Assembly (NCBI RefSeq): GCF_001194135.2
Contig: NC_068988.1
Span: forward strand, 38,492,221 to 38,555,241
Length of the DNA stretch: 63,021 nucleotides
DNA from: Octopus bimaculoides
Taxonomy: Eukaryota
Direction: 5' to 3'
Shown here: piece by piece, positions 50,375 to 62,627 of the stretch
Layout: each line of letters starts with the position of its first letter
Position numbering within the stretch: position 1 is the stretch's first letter
Translations under genes and position numbers: made by a program
Notes under the pieces: model-generated
Seen by the model: the letters and a program-made list of their open reading frames with translations, nothing else
Database searches by the model: none
What the model was told of the DNA's origin: nothing

Positions 50375-51849
50375 AACCAACAATATANNNNNNNNNNNNN
50401 NNNNNNNNNNNNNNNNNNNNNNNNNNNNNNNNNNNNNNNNNNNNNNNNNNNNNNATATATATATATATATATATATACATATATATGCAACCACTGTAAA
50501 ATAGTAGGCATTAGGAATGGCTTCCAGCCATAGAAACCGAGCCAAAACAGACTGGAACCTGGTGCATCTTGCCAGCTTGGAAAACATACGTTACAGGATG
50601 ATGATGATGTATATGTATGTAAGTATGTATAAGTGATGCTGAATGGAGTTAAATCTCTAACAATTGAAATCTGCAATGCAGATTCCATATTAGACAATTT
50701 CCTAGTTAACAGCATGAAAAGGGCAGTATCTATTTGGCTGATTTACTCTCAACCAACAACTTAAAAACACAATCTTTAGTGGTGAACCAATGACCCTTGA
50801 AGTGTTACCAAATGCTTTAATATGACAAATCTTTACCAAGTAATATGAATTTCATAATATAATTGCTATTTTACTGAAAACAAATGTCAAAAATGCAACT
50901 AAACCGGAGAAGTATGGCATTAAATACAATTTGGTTTTGTAAATATTATGAATCTGTGTGACGTTCTGCTCTGGGTGATACTATTGCATGTCACAACAGA
51001 ATTTAGAATCTCAGATAAAATCCTCCTCCTCTTCATCATTATCATTTAATGTCCATGTTCCATGCTTGACAGGATCCAATGGATCTGGGGAATGTACCAA
51101 AGTCCAATAGCTGCAGTAGTATGGTTTCTATGACTGAACGTTCTTCCTACTGCCAACCACATTACTCTATCTATCCAGTACACATTATAAAGTTTATTGT
51201 TTTCATGGTACTAGCACTAGTGAGGTTACCGTATGGTTTGTAAGATTAGGATCTCCTTCAGTATAGTGGAGCTACAGTAGAGAAAGAAGCAGGCTTATGC
51301 AAGGAGATAAGGGATTAAAGTATGAGAGAAGGGTCCACAGCAGAATAGGTCTCATGCTGTAGAGGAGATACATCACTTTCTATATTATAGAAGAGAGGAC
51401 AGGAGTGACTGGGGTGGAGATGGATAGAGATAAAGTAGTGGTGGTGAGATACCAGGGTAGACTTTCAAAGTGTGAAGGGAGTCAAAGTGAATGGGGACAG
51501 GTTAATAGGAGTGTTAGTGAGTAAAAGCTGCAAGAGTACACGGGAGAATGATGGCTGGGAATGAATGTGGGGGTGAATATAATGAATGATGAACAAGTGT
51601 TATAGGATGATAAGTAAGGAAGAGGGAAGAGCAGATGACAACTGTGGAGATTGGGTAGGCTTGAGGAGTGGATGTAGTGGCTGGTGGGTAAGGGATGGAA
51701 GATGATGTATAATACATGAGGAGGTAAATAAGAGCAGGAGATGATTGATAGAGCACAAAAAGTGAGAGTGAAGAGCAGCAAGATAGTAATTATGATAGAC
51801 AGGGGAAGGAGAAGAGAGGATTAAGCAGAGAGGTTTACAGATTTGTAAA

Positions 51850-52340
51850 TAAAAGTATGAAGACACCTGTCTTGAAATATATGCATATGGCAAATCCAAC
51901 AAAGTTATGAATGGTTTTTGAAGCAGCAGGTATCTATGTCTTTGGCTGATAATCTGGTTCCAAAACATTTCAGTTAAATTTGCTGTCAAAATAGTAGCAG
52001 CATTCTGCTGAAAGATAATTTCTCTATCGGGATTATTGCATAAGTTATTAATAATACTTAGCAATATTATTGGCCAATGAAACTAAATATAATTCTCTTT
52101 TGCTGGAAGAAAAAAAAATGAGGTCAACATGAAAGGATTGCATATTCCTTGCTAAACAGTCTATTTTGGTAAATGTGTTGTACTGCTTAATACTAGTTGT
52201 TAAATGAATTTATGGCGCCAATGAAATGAAAGCAGATTTCATCAGAAGAGGAAATTTTCTTTTGTAAACCAGTGACTCTGAAAAGTTAATCATTAATATC
52301 TTTACAATGAGTTATTCATTTGTTGTAATCATTTTCTCTC
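51850..52340 (+). mobile_element. Possible very decayed BEL/Pao RT fragment
   Basis: Ordered weak matches across frames: NPTKL*MVFEAAG (K.R.VFDAAA), SLADNL, ILLK, LFCWK, VYFG. Ambiguous. Confidence 0.3.
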
Positions 52341-52654
52341 AGGTAATTCATGCATTTCAATCTGTTGGGATGTAGGCTTAAGATTCATTCTCATTATTTT
52401 CCTTTCAGTCAGATACTGCTTCTTTGCTTTTGGCTGTTCTACTTTGTATACCTTACTGAGCCTTCACATCAATAATTGCTTCTAATTTTATAACAATCTC
52501 CAGTGACTATCTTTGTAATCCTGATATAATACTTCCTGCACTTTTTAAAATATCGATTAGGTTCCACATGGCAACATCAGAAGGTGTTACCTTATTTCAT
52601 TTTATTATATTCTTACTGTAAAACTTCTAATGGGCCCCTTACATACATATTGGT

Positions 52655-52823
52655 TTCAAATTTTGGTACAAGGCTAGCAATTTAGGGGGTCAAGGTAAAT
52701 CAATTACATCAACCCCAATGATCAACTGGTACTTATTTTATCAACCTGCAAAACGATGAAAAGCAAAGCCAACGTTGGTGGAATTTGAGCTCAGAACATA
52801 AAGATGGATGAAATTCTGCTAAG

Positions 52824-52877
<54 letters not shown>

Positions 52878-53250
52878 CGACAAGCTTCTTTCAGTTTCTG
52901 TCAACCAAATCCACTCACAATTCTTTGGTCAGCCCAGGGCTATAGTTGAAAACACTTACCCAGGTTGCTGTGCAGTAGGACTGAACCCAGAACCATGCAG
53001 TTGGGTGGCAAGCTTCTTACCATACAGCCATGAGTAAAATATATATTAGCTCAGTGGTAATAAAAACAGAAAAAGTGTAAAATGGTAAGCTGGCAGAAAT
53101 TGTTATTGTGCCAGGCAAAATGCTTAGCAGAATTTCATCCATCATAAAGTTCTGAGCTCAAATTCCACCAACGTTGGCTTTGCTTTTCATCCTTTTGCAG
53201 GTTGATAAAATAAGTACCAGTTGAGCATTGGGGTTGATATAATTGATTTT
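52655..53250. mobile_element. Inverted pair of family C SINEs (52655-52824 -, 53080-53250 +) enclosing a partial family A SINE
   Basis: Arms 52697-52824 and 53122-53249 are reverse complements with about 6 mismatches. Confidence 0.9.
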
Positions 53251-53274
53251 TCACCCTTATTATTTACTGTAGAG

Positions 53275-53565
53275 TGCAAGCGCAAATGGCTTGAGGCCCG
53301 CTAATGTTTTCTCGATTGCTACAACAATGACGGTGAAGAATTTTTGCACTGAATAGCTACAGTTGAAATGTGGGTCCATCATTAAGAAGTAGAATCCAAA
53401 AGACAGAATATGGAGTGGAAACATCCTGGTTCACCAGCGACAAAGAAATTTAAGACTCAGACTTCCGTGGGAAAGGTGATTTTAACACATTTTTGGGACT
53501 CAAAGGGGCCTATATTAGAAGATTACCTGGAAAAAGGGTTTACAATCAACAGTGATAGATATTTG
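53275..53565 (+). mobile_element. Mariner transposase internal fragment
   Basis: WVHH*EVESKRQNMEWKHPGSPATKKFKTQTSVGKVILTHFWDSKGPILEDYLEKGFTINSDRY. Confidence 0.88.
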
Positions 53566-55126
53566 ATCACAGAATCACTACCTTATTATTTCTCTTTTAT
53601 TTAAACTAGTAAAAATCTTCCCATCTCATCAATATGCAAGGCATGAGTATAAATAACCTAGAAGATACTTATGACTCACAAAACACTTTCCAGGTCATTC
53701 TTTCTCCTGAAATTGGCACAGAATGTAGATTTAACTAATCCATACTCTGCACTAAGATCAGTTAAATTGATACAACTTTTTCTCTTAGAAATAAGTTCTT
53801 TCTTTCCATATTAATGTTCTTTTGTTCAGGTATTGCTTTCAGCATGGTGAATATTTTTATTTAAAACAAAAAAAAAATCACAATTCTAATCTTTTATAAT
53901 TGTTATGTCTCAAGCTACTGCTATCTAGCACCTTCGGATGATTTCTGCTCGACTGCTACTCAACAGTTACTGAACTCTTCTATCATGGCTAGACTACTTG
54001 TCTACTATGTCTTTGGCGATCCTACATCTTCACTTGAGGGCGTCGACACAACAATAATAAAATATGAAGGTGAGGCACATGGCTCAGTGGTTAGGGCACA
54101 GGGCTCACAATCATGAGGTAGTGAGTACAATTTCTGGACTAGGCTGTGTGTTGTGTTCTTGAGCAAGACATTATATTTCACCTTGCTCCAGTTCACTCAG
54201 CTGTAAAAACAAGTTGCCATGTGACTTGTGCCAAGCTGTATCAGCCTTTGCCTTTCTCTTGGGTAACCTTGGTGGTGTGGAGAGGCAAGGCTGGTATGCA
54301 TGGTCAACTGGACTTGTGCCTCAGAGGGGAACTTTCTAGGTGCAATCCTATGGTCATTTATGACTGAAGGGGGTCTTTACCCTTTTACTTTTTTATAATA
54401 AAATATATTTTTTCAAAATTGTTTCATAGGTTCTATTTCTAATGAAATAACAAACATGAATGATACTACAAATTCACAGGAACATGGATGGTAGGTTGAG
54501 AGACTAGTTTATTTTGTTGTACTTAGAGACTATATACGTTTTCATCAGTGGTGGTCATTTTTCAGGGATAGGATCAACTGAGATTTCAGTTCTTTAATTG
54601 GCAGTGATAGTTTTTTTTTAACGGAAATCGTTTTTTGACATAATTTTATTTGCTACCAAATTAACAGAAAAATGCATATCACTACGATTTTCATTACCAC
54701 ATTACCATAAACGTCCATTAGCAAATCAGCTACATTTGTATTGGTGTATTGGTGTGTTTATGTATACACACATACATGTATGCATAAATATATATAAATA
54801 TATATCATATATAAAGAATTATACACATGTATATAGCACTTACACAAACAAACAGTGACACAGATTTCTAGATACATTTAAAGATAAATTCTTGGATACT
54901 TAGACATTTAGAATGACTGATTGATAACATGGCAGGGATGAATTGATGTAGATAGATATCGTATATGATGGGTGTGCACGCGTGCGCACGCACACACAGA
55001 CACACACACACACACACATATTGTCAATGTATCATATATCTGAAAAGAACTACACTCTGAAGCATAGGGCAGTAATGTATTAATATGTAGTTAAGTCTAT
55101 GTCTGGTTACATATACCAATGATTTT

Positions 55127-55172
<46 letters not shown>

Positions 55173-55206
55173 NNNNNNNNNNACACACACACATATATAT
55201 ATATAT

Positions 55207-55755
55207 AGACACAGGAGCAGCTGTGTTGTAAGTAGCTTGCTTACTGACCACATTGTTCTGGGTTCAGCCCCACTGCATGGCACCTTGGGCTGACCAAAGC
55301 TTTGTGGGTGGATTTGGTAGCTGGAAACTGAAAGAAGCCCATTGTGTGTGTGTGTATGTGTTTGTCCCCCCAACGTTGCTTGACAACTGATGCTCGTGTG
55401 TTTATGCCTCCGTAACTTAGCAGTTCGGCAAAAGAGACCGATAGAATAAGTGCAAGGCTTACAAAGAATAAGTCCTGGGATTGATTTTCCTGACTAAAGG
55501 TGGTGCTCTAGCATGATCACAGTCAAATGACTGAAACAAGTAAAAGAATAAACGAATATATATCCCTGTGCTGGTGGCATGTAAAAAGCACTCGCTACTC
55601 TCGGAGTGGTTGGCGTTAGGAAGGGCATCCAGCTGTAGAAATATTGCCAGATAAGAGTGGAGCCTGGTGCAGCCCACTGGCATGCCAGACCTCAGTCAAA
55701 CCGTCCAACCCATGCCAGCATGAAAAGCGGAAGTTAAACGATGATGATGATGATG
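55207..55755 (+). mobile_element. Family A SINE followed by a family D element
   Basis: 55207-55552 family A; 55560-55755 family D with (GAT)n tail. Confidence 0.8.
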
Positions 55756-55797
55756 TATGCAGGGTGGGTCATAAGTCACACACCAAAACAGTTCACA

Positions 55798-55845
<48 letters not shown>

Positions 55846-56595
55846 GATCATCATTTATCTTGTTTATCATGTACAAGCACATGCATATTCATAATTTTTT
55901 TTATTCATTTCATTTAATTTTAGAAACATTGAAGCATGTCTTTGACAATTCTGGAGCATATTGGACTTATTTTACACATGACTTTTGGCCAACCCTATAC
56001 ACACTCACACACGCACACACGCACGTGTGTGTGTGTGTGTATCTGTATGTATGTATCTAGATGTATGCTCAGATAATTTACTAAGATAAAATAGAGAGTA
56101 GTCAGTCAATCAAAGAAAAATTTTGTACATTTAAGACTAACACCCAAATTAGAAATGAGTGGAATAAGAGATAAGAGATAATTCAAATTTATTCCAATAA
56201 TCTTAAAACTGCCATTATCGCCAATTATTCATCTGTATCCAATATTTCTCAATCTAGGTGGTGAGTGGATGGGTGGATGGGTGGATGATGGTAATGGCAG
56301 AAGACAGAAATGAATGTTCTGTGCAGTATATATGAAGTGTGTAAAGTCCCCCATTTTGCAAATTTACTGGCGTTTGTATTGATTAACTCCTCAGTTTGAC
56401 TATTATCCTTCTTGTCGCATCTGGTTCTTCTCGTCAACTCCTCCTTCCTGTATTTGTTAACTCTTCCTTCTTAAATTTGTCATTGTTATTATTTCTCTCT
56501 TTTAATCCCTCTCAATCTATCTGTCTATATATCTATCTACCTATCTGACTGTCTGTCTATGATCGAACACCATGCATCCATTTCCAAGTAAGTTT

Positions 56596-56628
<33 letters not shown>

Positions 56629-56736
56629 ATATGTCTATCTATCTATCTATCTATTTATCTATCTAACTAGCTATTTATCTATCTCCTGTTTCTCATTCTT
56701 TCTGTCTCTCTCCCTCTCTCTCTCCCTCTGTCTCTG

Positions 56737-56767
<31 letters not shown>

Positions 56768-56934
56768 GTCTATCTATCTATTCACCTGTCTGTTTATCTT
56801 TCTGTCTGTTTCTCAGTTCTCAACACCCTCTTCTTTATCATAGATCTCCAGGTCATAACAGAGGCATTTAAAATAGTTCTCAAAGCTGATGAACTTGTTC
56901 TTATAGCTGAATCATCATCATCACCATCACCATC

Positions 56935-57222
56935 ACCATCATCATCATCAGTTACCGTTCGCTTTCCATGCTAGCATGGGTTGGACGGTTTGACTGAGGA
57001 CTAGCAAGCCAGATGTCTGCACCAGGCTCCAATCTGATCTGGCAGAGTTTCTACAGCTAGATGCCCTTTCTTACGCCAACCACTCAGAGTGTTGTGGGTG
57101 CTTTTACGTGCCACTGGCATGAGGGCCAGTCAGGCTGTACTGGCAACGGCCACGCTCAAATGGTGTTTTTTTACGAGCCACCTGCACAGGAGCCAGTCCA
57201 GCGGCACTGGCAACGACCTCAC
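56935..57222 (-). mobile_element. Family D element
   Basis: Well-preserved GGCGTAAGAAAGGGCATCTAGCTGTAG module and internal repeats. Confidence 0.8.
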
Positions 57223-58295
57223 TCTAATAGAATTAGAGAAGAAATTTCAGGTGGAAGCAAAACTTGCAATCAAGTCATTTAGAATTAACATAGCAAAGAC
57301 TAAAGTCATAGTAAGTAGGAAAGCAGACAAATTACCAATTCCTTTAGAGAAATTACCCTGTTCAATATGTAGAAAAATATGTAGCTAGAAATTCCATGCT
57401 CTGTACTCAGTGTAAGCTATGAGGGTATAAGAGGTACAGTGGAAATACAGGAAGATAAACAGAGAAAGTAGTCTTTGTGTACGGCAGATGTGCAGAAGCA
57501 TTAAACACTAAGAACATACATAAAATAAATTTTCTTGAATCCCAAGAAGACCCCTAGAGGTAGTTGTTAGTTTTTGTTGCTTAATTGACATAATTAACAG
57601 GTGACATAATTAGCAGTGAAAGTGTAGTTGCTAGAATAAGAATTGGCTTGGGAAAGTTGTGACAGCAATTACCTCTGTTGTCTACAAAGGACTTCTGCCT
57701 CAAAGTGAAAGGCAGCTTATATGATGATTGTGTATGAACAACAATGCAATATGGTAGTGAAACATGGACTGTGAATGCAGATGATATGCAAAGGCTTGAA
57801 AGAAATGAAGCCAGAATGCTCCTCTGGATGTGCAATGTCAGTGTGAATGCTTTTTTCCTCTTTGGTTGTCCATTATAGGTCAGCATTGACTGTTCTTGTC
57901 CAGTTATCATCTCTGGCAGGCTCACATGTGGGTCACGAGGCCTGCTTTTGATCTGCTGCAGGTGAAGTTACTTGACACAACGGAGAAGCTATGCCTCTCA
58001 TGTGCTCTTTTGTATTCTCTCTGTTGTTTCTCCTCAATGGTTGGTATTACAAGCTTCAGCAATTGGTGCCATTTATTGCACCACAGGTACTTCTCCTCCC
58101 AGGTGCATGTACAACAAAGCGTAAATGTATTATGAGAGAAATTGGGTATAACCAGCATCAAATGTTGTCTGCAAGAGAGAAGGCCATGCTGGTATGGTCA
58201 TTTGATGCATATGGGCAAGGACAGTTGCATAAAGAAGTGCTGATTACTAAATGTGGATGGAATCTGTGGAAGTGGAAGACCCAGGAAGATTAGTC
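57223..58295 (+). mobile_element. RTE-clade LINE 3' RT region, interrupted
   Basis: RINIAKTKVIVS, PCSICRK, GSLYDDCV*TTMQYGSETWTVNADDMQRLERNEARMLLWMCNVSV, then LQERRPCWYGHLMHM...GSGRPRK. Confidence 0.88.
57850..58102 (-). mobile_element. 3' fragment of a second RTE (BovB-like) LINE inserted antisense into the first
   Basis: IEEKQQREYKRAHERH...FTCSRSKAGLVTHMRAC is the RTE C-terminal C..C.R...SR.GL..H motif; flanked by GTGAATG/GTGCATG. Confidence 0.6.
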
Positions 58296-58591
58296 CTTGA
58301 GCAGACTCTTCCATCTAAGTAAAATTGCATCTCTAAAGAAGCATGTAGTTTATGTTTGTGCCTCTGCACACAATCTATCCATGGTGAACTTCTCCCCAAC
58401 AGCTAGTCTTTCCAACACTCCCTCCCTCCACCCATCTTTGCCACTCACTGTATTCCTTTACCCCTCTGTCTTTCATACTTGCTTCATATTCTCATGAACT
58501 TACTATGCACCCTATCCAATTCATTGTGCCACTTTACTTATATAAATCTCCCTCTCACTTGAGGTGGTGGTGCATGGCTCAGTGGTTAGGG

Positions 58592-59205
58592 TAGTGTTTC
58601 TCAACCCTTTTACCCTTGCGTAACCCTTAAAATAAATTACATGTCTCAAGGAACTCCTGCACAAAAATAATTATTTACCATATCTTCCTCATATTTTTTT
58701 CATCATAATTCAGATGGTAAATAAATAAATAAATATATATATATATATATATATATTCATATAAATACAGTGTACATTCAAACACATCAGAGAGATGTCC
58801 ATACTAGGACATCTAACCCGCTAGAAGGAGCAGTCAAAACTCCAAACCACAATTAGGGATAATTTCGAAAGGGAATGAAAAATAAAAGACATTTACCATC
58901 TATTTTTCATTCCCTTTCGAAATTATCCCTAATTGTGGTTTGGAGTTTTGACTGCTCCTTCTAGCAGGTTAGATGTCCTATTATGGACATCTCTCTGATG
59001 TGTTTAAATGTACACTGTATTTATATGAATAATATATAGTCTATTGACTAGTTTTTTTTCTTCTCGCTAGACCACTNNNNNNNNNNGTACACTGTATTTA
59101 TATGAATAATATATAGTCTATTGACTAGTTTTTTTTCTTCTCGCTAGACCACTGGTAGCAAATAGAATTTCTAAAATTTTTTTGCTACCCTGAGATTTAT
59201 TAATA

Positions 59206-59270
<65 letters not shown>

Positions 59271-59666
59271 AGAAGAAAGTTTATAATTATGAACAAGTTA
59301 CAATTATAACTAAGAGGGTTTCAAAACCTTTACATGTTAAAAATAGCAGCCAAAACTGTTATAAAACCATTTTATCACTCATTTTATTTCTCTTCACAAT
59401 AAAAACTGTATATATATATATAGAGTGTCCATAAATTGCAGACATCACTAAATATATCCCCAACGGTCGTTATATTTTTTGGTAACATAATAGATTAGAT
59501 AGGATGATGTCTATATTACAATATTACAATAACCAATAATATGTTGTGCATGTATAGTAATATGATCATGAAATTAGCATTATCTTATCTCATTCTTTTT
59601 CACAAGACCCTTAGAAACCTTTTGTAGAACCCTAGGGTTCCAAGGAAACCTGGTTGAGAAACACTG
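58592..59666. mobile_element. hAT-type MITE with 15-bp TIRs and 8-bp TSD, inserted in a family B SINE head
   Basis: TAGTGTTTCTCAACC ... GGTTGAGAAACACTG; flanks GGTTAGGG (58584-91) and GGTCAGGG (59667-74); the SINE resumes at 59675. Confidence 0.88.
58755..59030. repeat. Long inverted repeat: 130-bp arms, 16-bp spacer, 3 mismatches
   Basis: Arm 1 at 58755-58884, arm 2 at 58901-59030, compared base by base. Confidence 0.95.
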
Positions 59667-61165
59667 GGTCAGGGCGTTGGGCTCAGCAGTCATAAGATTG
59701 TGGTTTCAGTTCCTGGACCGGGTGACATGTGTTCTTGAGCAAAACCCTTCACTTCCTGTTGCGCCAGTCCACTCAGCTGGCAAAAGTGTGTAATCCTGTG
59801 CTGGACAAGTGTCCCATCCAGGTGGGGAATATAAATGCCATGGAAACCTGGAAACCAGCCCTTATGAGTCAAGGTGACTTTACCTTACCTCTAACTTGAG
59901 GGTATGTCCCAACATATCTTTTCCACATTCTTCTCTCTCTCTCCCTTTCTCCCTCCTCTCTCTTTCCCTCCTCTTTATCTCCTTCCCCTCTCTCTCCCTC
60001 CTCTCTTTCTCCTCCCCTCCCCTACCCTCTCTCTTCCCTCTTTTTCCAACAGAGGTAGCTATATATCTCCTCTAGTGCAAAGATACCCATTTCTATCCCT
60101 CTGTCATACTCTAAACTCCTGTCACTTGGCATAAAGCCACCCAACTCAATACTACTCCTTCTCTCAGTTGACAGGTCTTGTCCTGCAAATGATTCGGTAA
60201 CCTCATTGGTGCTGGTGCCACATAAAAATCGCCCAGTATACTCTGTAAAGTGGCTTACATCAGTGAAGGGCATCCGTCCATAGAAACCATGCCAAAACAG
60301 ATACTGAAGTCCAATGCATTCTTCTAGCTTGCCAGCTCCTGTCAAACTGTCCAAACTATACCAGCATGGAAAGTGGATTTCTAAACAATGATGATGATGA
60401 CGACAATGATGATAATATACGTACGTATGTATGTGATGGTATGTTTATGTCCCTGTAACTTAGCAGTTCGGCAAAATACACTGACAGAATAAGTACCAGG
60501 TATTAAAAAAAAACAGAACAAACAATAAATAGTGGGGTGATTCATTTGACAAAAATTCTTCAAGGCTGTACTCCAGCATGGCCATAATCTAATGAGTGAA
60601 ACAAGTAAAAGATAGAATATATATATTTTGTAATTTTAATATTAGATAATATTACTGTTGCGTAAATTCTTGAAGTGGCTGAAGAGAAATAGCCATCGAC
60701 TCCATATATTACATTATCTAACTTCATTTTCTTAGCTTCCATTATGGTTGATTCTGCATTCCATCTGTTGCTATTCAATGAAATGAATATAAATTATATA
60801 AAACCATTGTCAGAAGAAACTAGTGGTGACCTGCGTTGGCAAATATTGTTCAGTGGAGTTTTTAAATTTAGATAAGTTGCTATGCCATGAAGAGATGAGT
60901 AGCTGTGTATAACTGATGTTTCATGCAAAGATGTTTATTCAATATGGCGAGAGAAATAGATAGAGCTAGATAGATATATAAGTATGTGTGTCTGTGGTTT
61001 ATAAATATGTATAGGTTTGTACATATACATGCATTCATATTTATGTGTGTGTGTATATATATATATAGAGAGAGAGAGACAGACAGACAGACAGAGATGG
61101 TGGGGTGTTATCTCTCTTTCCCAGTATGGTCAGACAGTCAATCAAATAGAAAGATAGTTAGATAG

Positions 61166-61196
<31 letters not shown>

Positions 61197-61674
61197 TACC
61201 TTAGTGAGATAAACAATTACTGCATATCAGGTAAACCCATTTATTGGAGGAGAGAGAGAGAGATAGGGGTGGGTGTTAGCTCTCTTTCCCAGTATGGTCT
61301 TTGCTTGAAATGTCAAGACTCTCTTTTCTCCTTAGTATACTTATCCAAATCTACAAACTTCACAAATCATATATTTAGGTCAAATCAATCTATTATACCA
61401 TACCTGCTTACCAAATTAGTCTTATGCTGAAGAAATAAATAATCAATATTGGTATTATCTATTCATATATGTATATATAATCCCTACCCACCAAAATTAT
61501 ACATAAATCAATACATTTTGTTTTCTTCTGAAACTTATAATTTACATAATATTCCTACAATTAAATTCCTCCGCACCACAATTCTTTTTTTATTTAAAAT
61601 TTTTTTTTTTCCTAAATTTGTTTATATTTTTAATTTATTTATTTTTTTGAATTTACTTATTTTTATTTATTCAT

Positions 61675-61729
<55 letters not shown>

Positions 61730-62214
61730 TATATTTCTTCTTTTTTTTAGAAAACCAAATTTACATTATATTCATATAATTAACTTATTTTATTTTAACT
61801 GATAAAATGTGAATGTATATGGTTTAAGTTGGTAGAATATTCAATCAGGAATTGACAAGGTGTTGCCATCATCATCATCATCAACATCTAATGCCTGTCT
61901 TCCATGTTGGTATGGGGTCGACAGTTTGACAGAGGCTTGCAGGTCAGAGGACTGCACCAAGCTCCACTGAGTGTTTTGACATAGCCTCCATGGTCTGGAT
62001 GCCCTTCCTAATGCCAACCACTTTACAGACTTAAGAACAATTTGCTTCTGTAGGCAGCAATAGCAGCAACACTGTGGAAGAATACTGTTGTTGCAGCTGT
62101 TGTTGTTGTTGATCAAGCAGCTTAGTCATGATAGCACAGGTTTTATGATCAAAGATGGTGATGGGGGGGGGGTGCAACCAAAAACAGAAAGACACATATA
62201 CATATGTATATATA

Positions 62215-62452
62215 TATATCATCATCATCGTTTAACGTCCGTTTTCCATGCTAGCATGGGTTGGACGATTTGACTGAGGACTAGTGAACCAGATGGCTAC
62301 ACCAGGCTCCAATCTGATTTGGTAGAGTTTCTACAGCTGGATAACCCTTCCTAACGCCAACCACTCCGAGAGTGTAGTGGGTGCTTTTACGTGCCACCGG
62401 CACGAAGGCCAGTCTAGGCGGTACTGGCAACAGCCATACTCAAAATGGTGTG
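62215..62452 (-). mobile_element. Young family D element, CpGs largely retained
   Basis: CATCATCGTTTAACGTCCGTTTTCCATGCTAGC...; truncated where the 19-bp minisatellite starts. Confidence 0.85.
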
Positions 62453-62456
62453 GAAT

Positions 62457-62627
62457 GAAAATGAGGCTCTGGTATGAAAACGAGGCTCTGGATTGAAAAC
62501 GAGGCTCTGGATTGAAAACGAGGCTCTGGAACGAAAACAAGGCTCTGGATTGAAAACGAGGCTCTGGATTGAAAACAAGGATCTGGATTGGAAACGAGGC
62601 TCTGGAATGAAAACGAGGCTCTGGAAT
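62457..62627 (+). repeat. Minisatellite, 9 x 19 bp (GAAAACGAGGCTCTGGATT)
   Basis: Nine units counted directly, 0-3 changes each. Confidence 0.95.

Noticed and set aside
51900-52064. Tc1-like FQQ(D)NA motif on the minus strand
   Set aside because: Single motif without the downstream SPDLNPIE; the plus strand has more ordered BEL/Pao-like matches. Neither call is secure.
59010-59153. Exact ~65-bp direct repeat
   Set aside because: Flanks the 10-N gap at 59077-86: assembly overlap artefact.
60560-60778. Minus-strand ORF MEAKKMKLDNVIYGVDGYFSS
   Set aside because: No recognised homology or convincing splice sites, and it runs into a SINE tail.
62457-62627. CRISPR-like array (also 11834-12992)
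   Set aside because: Head-to-tail repeats with no unique spacers, no cas genes, eukaryotic context.
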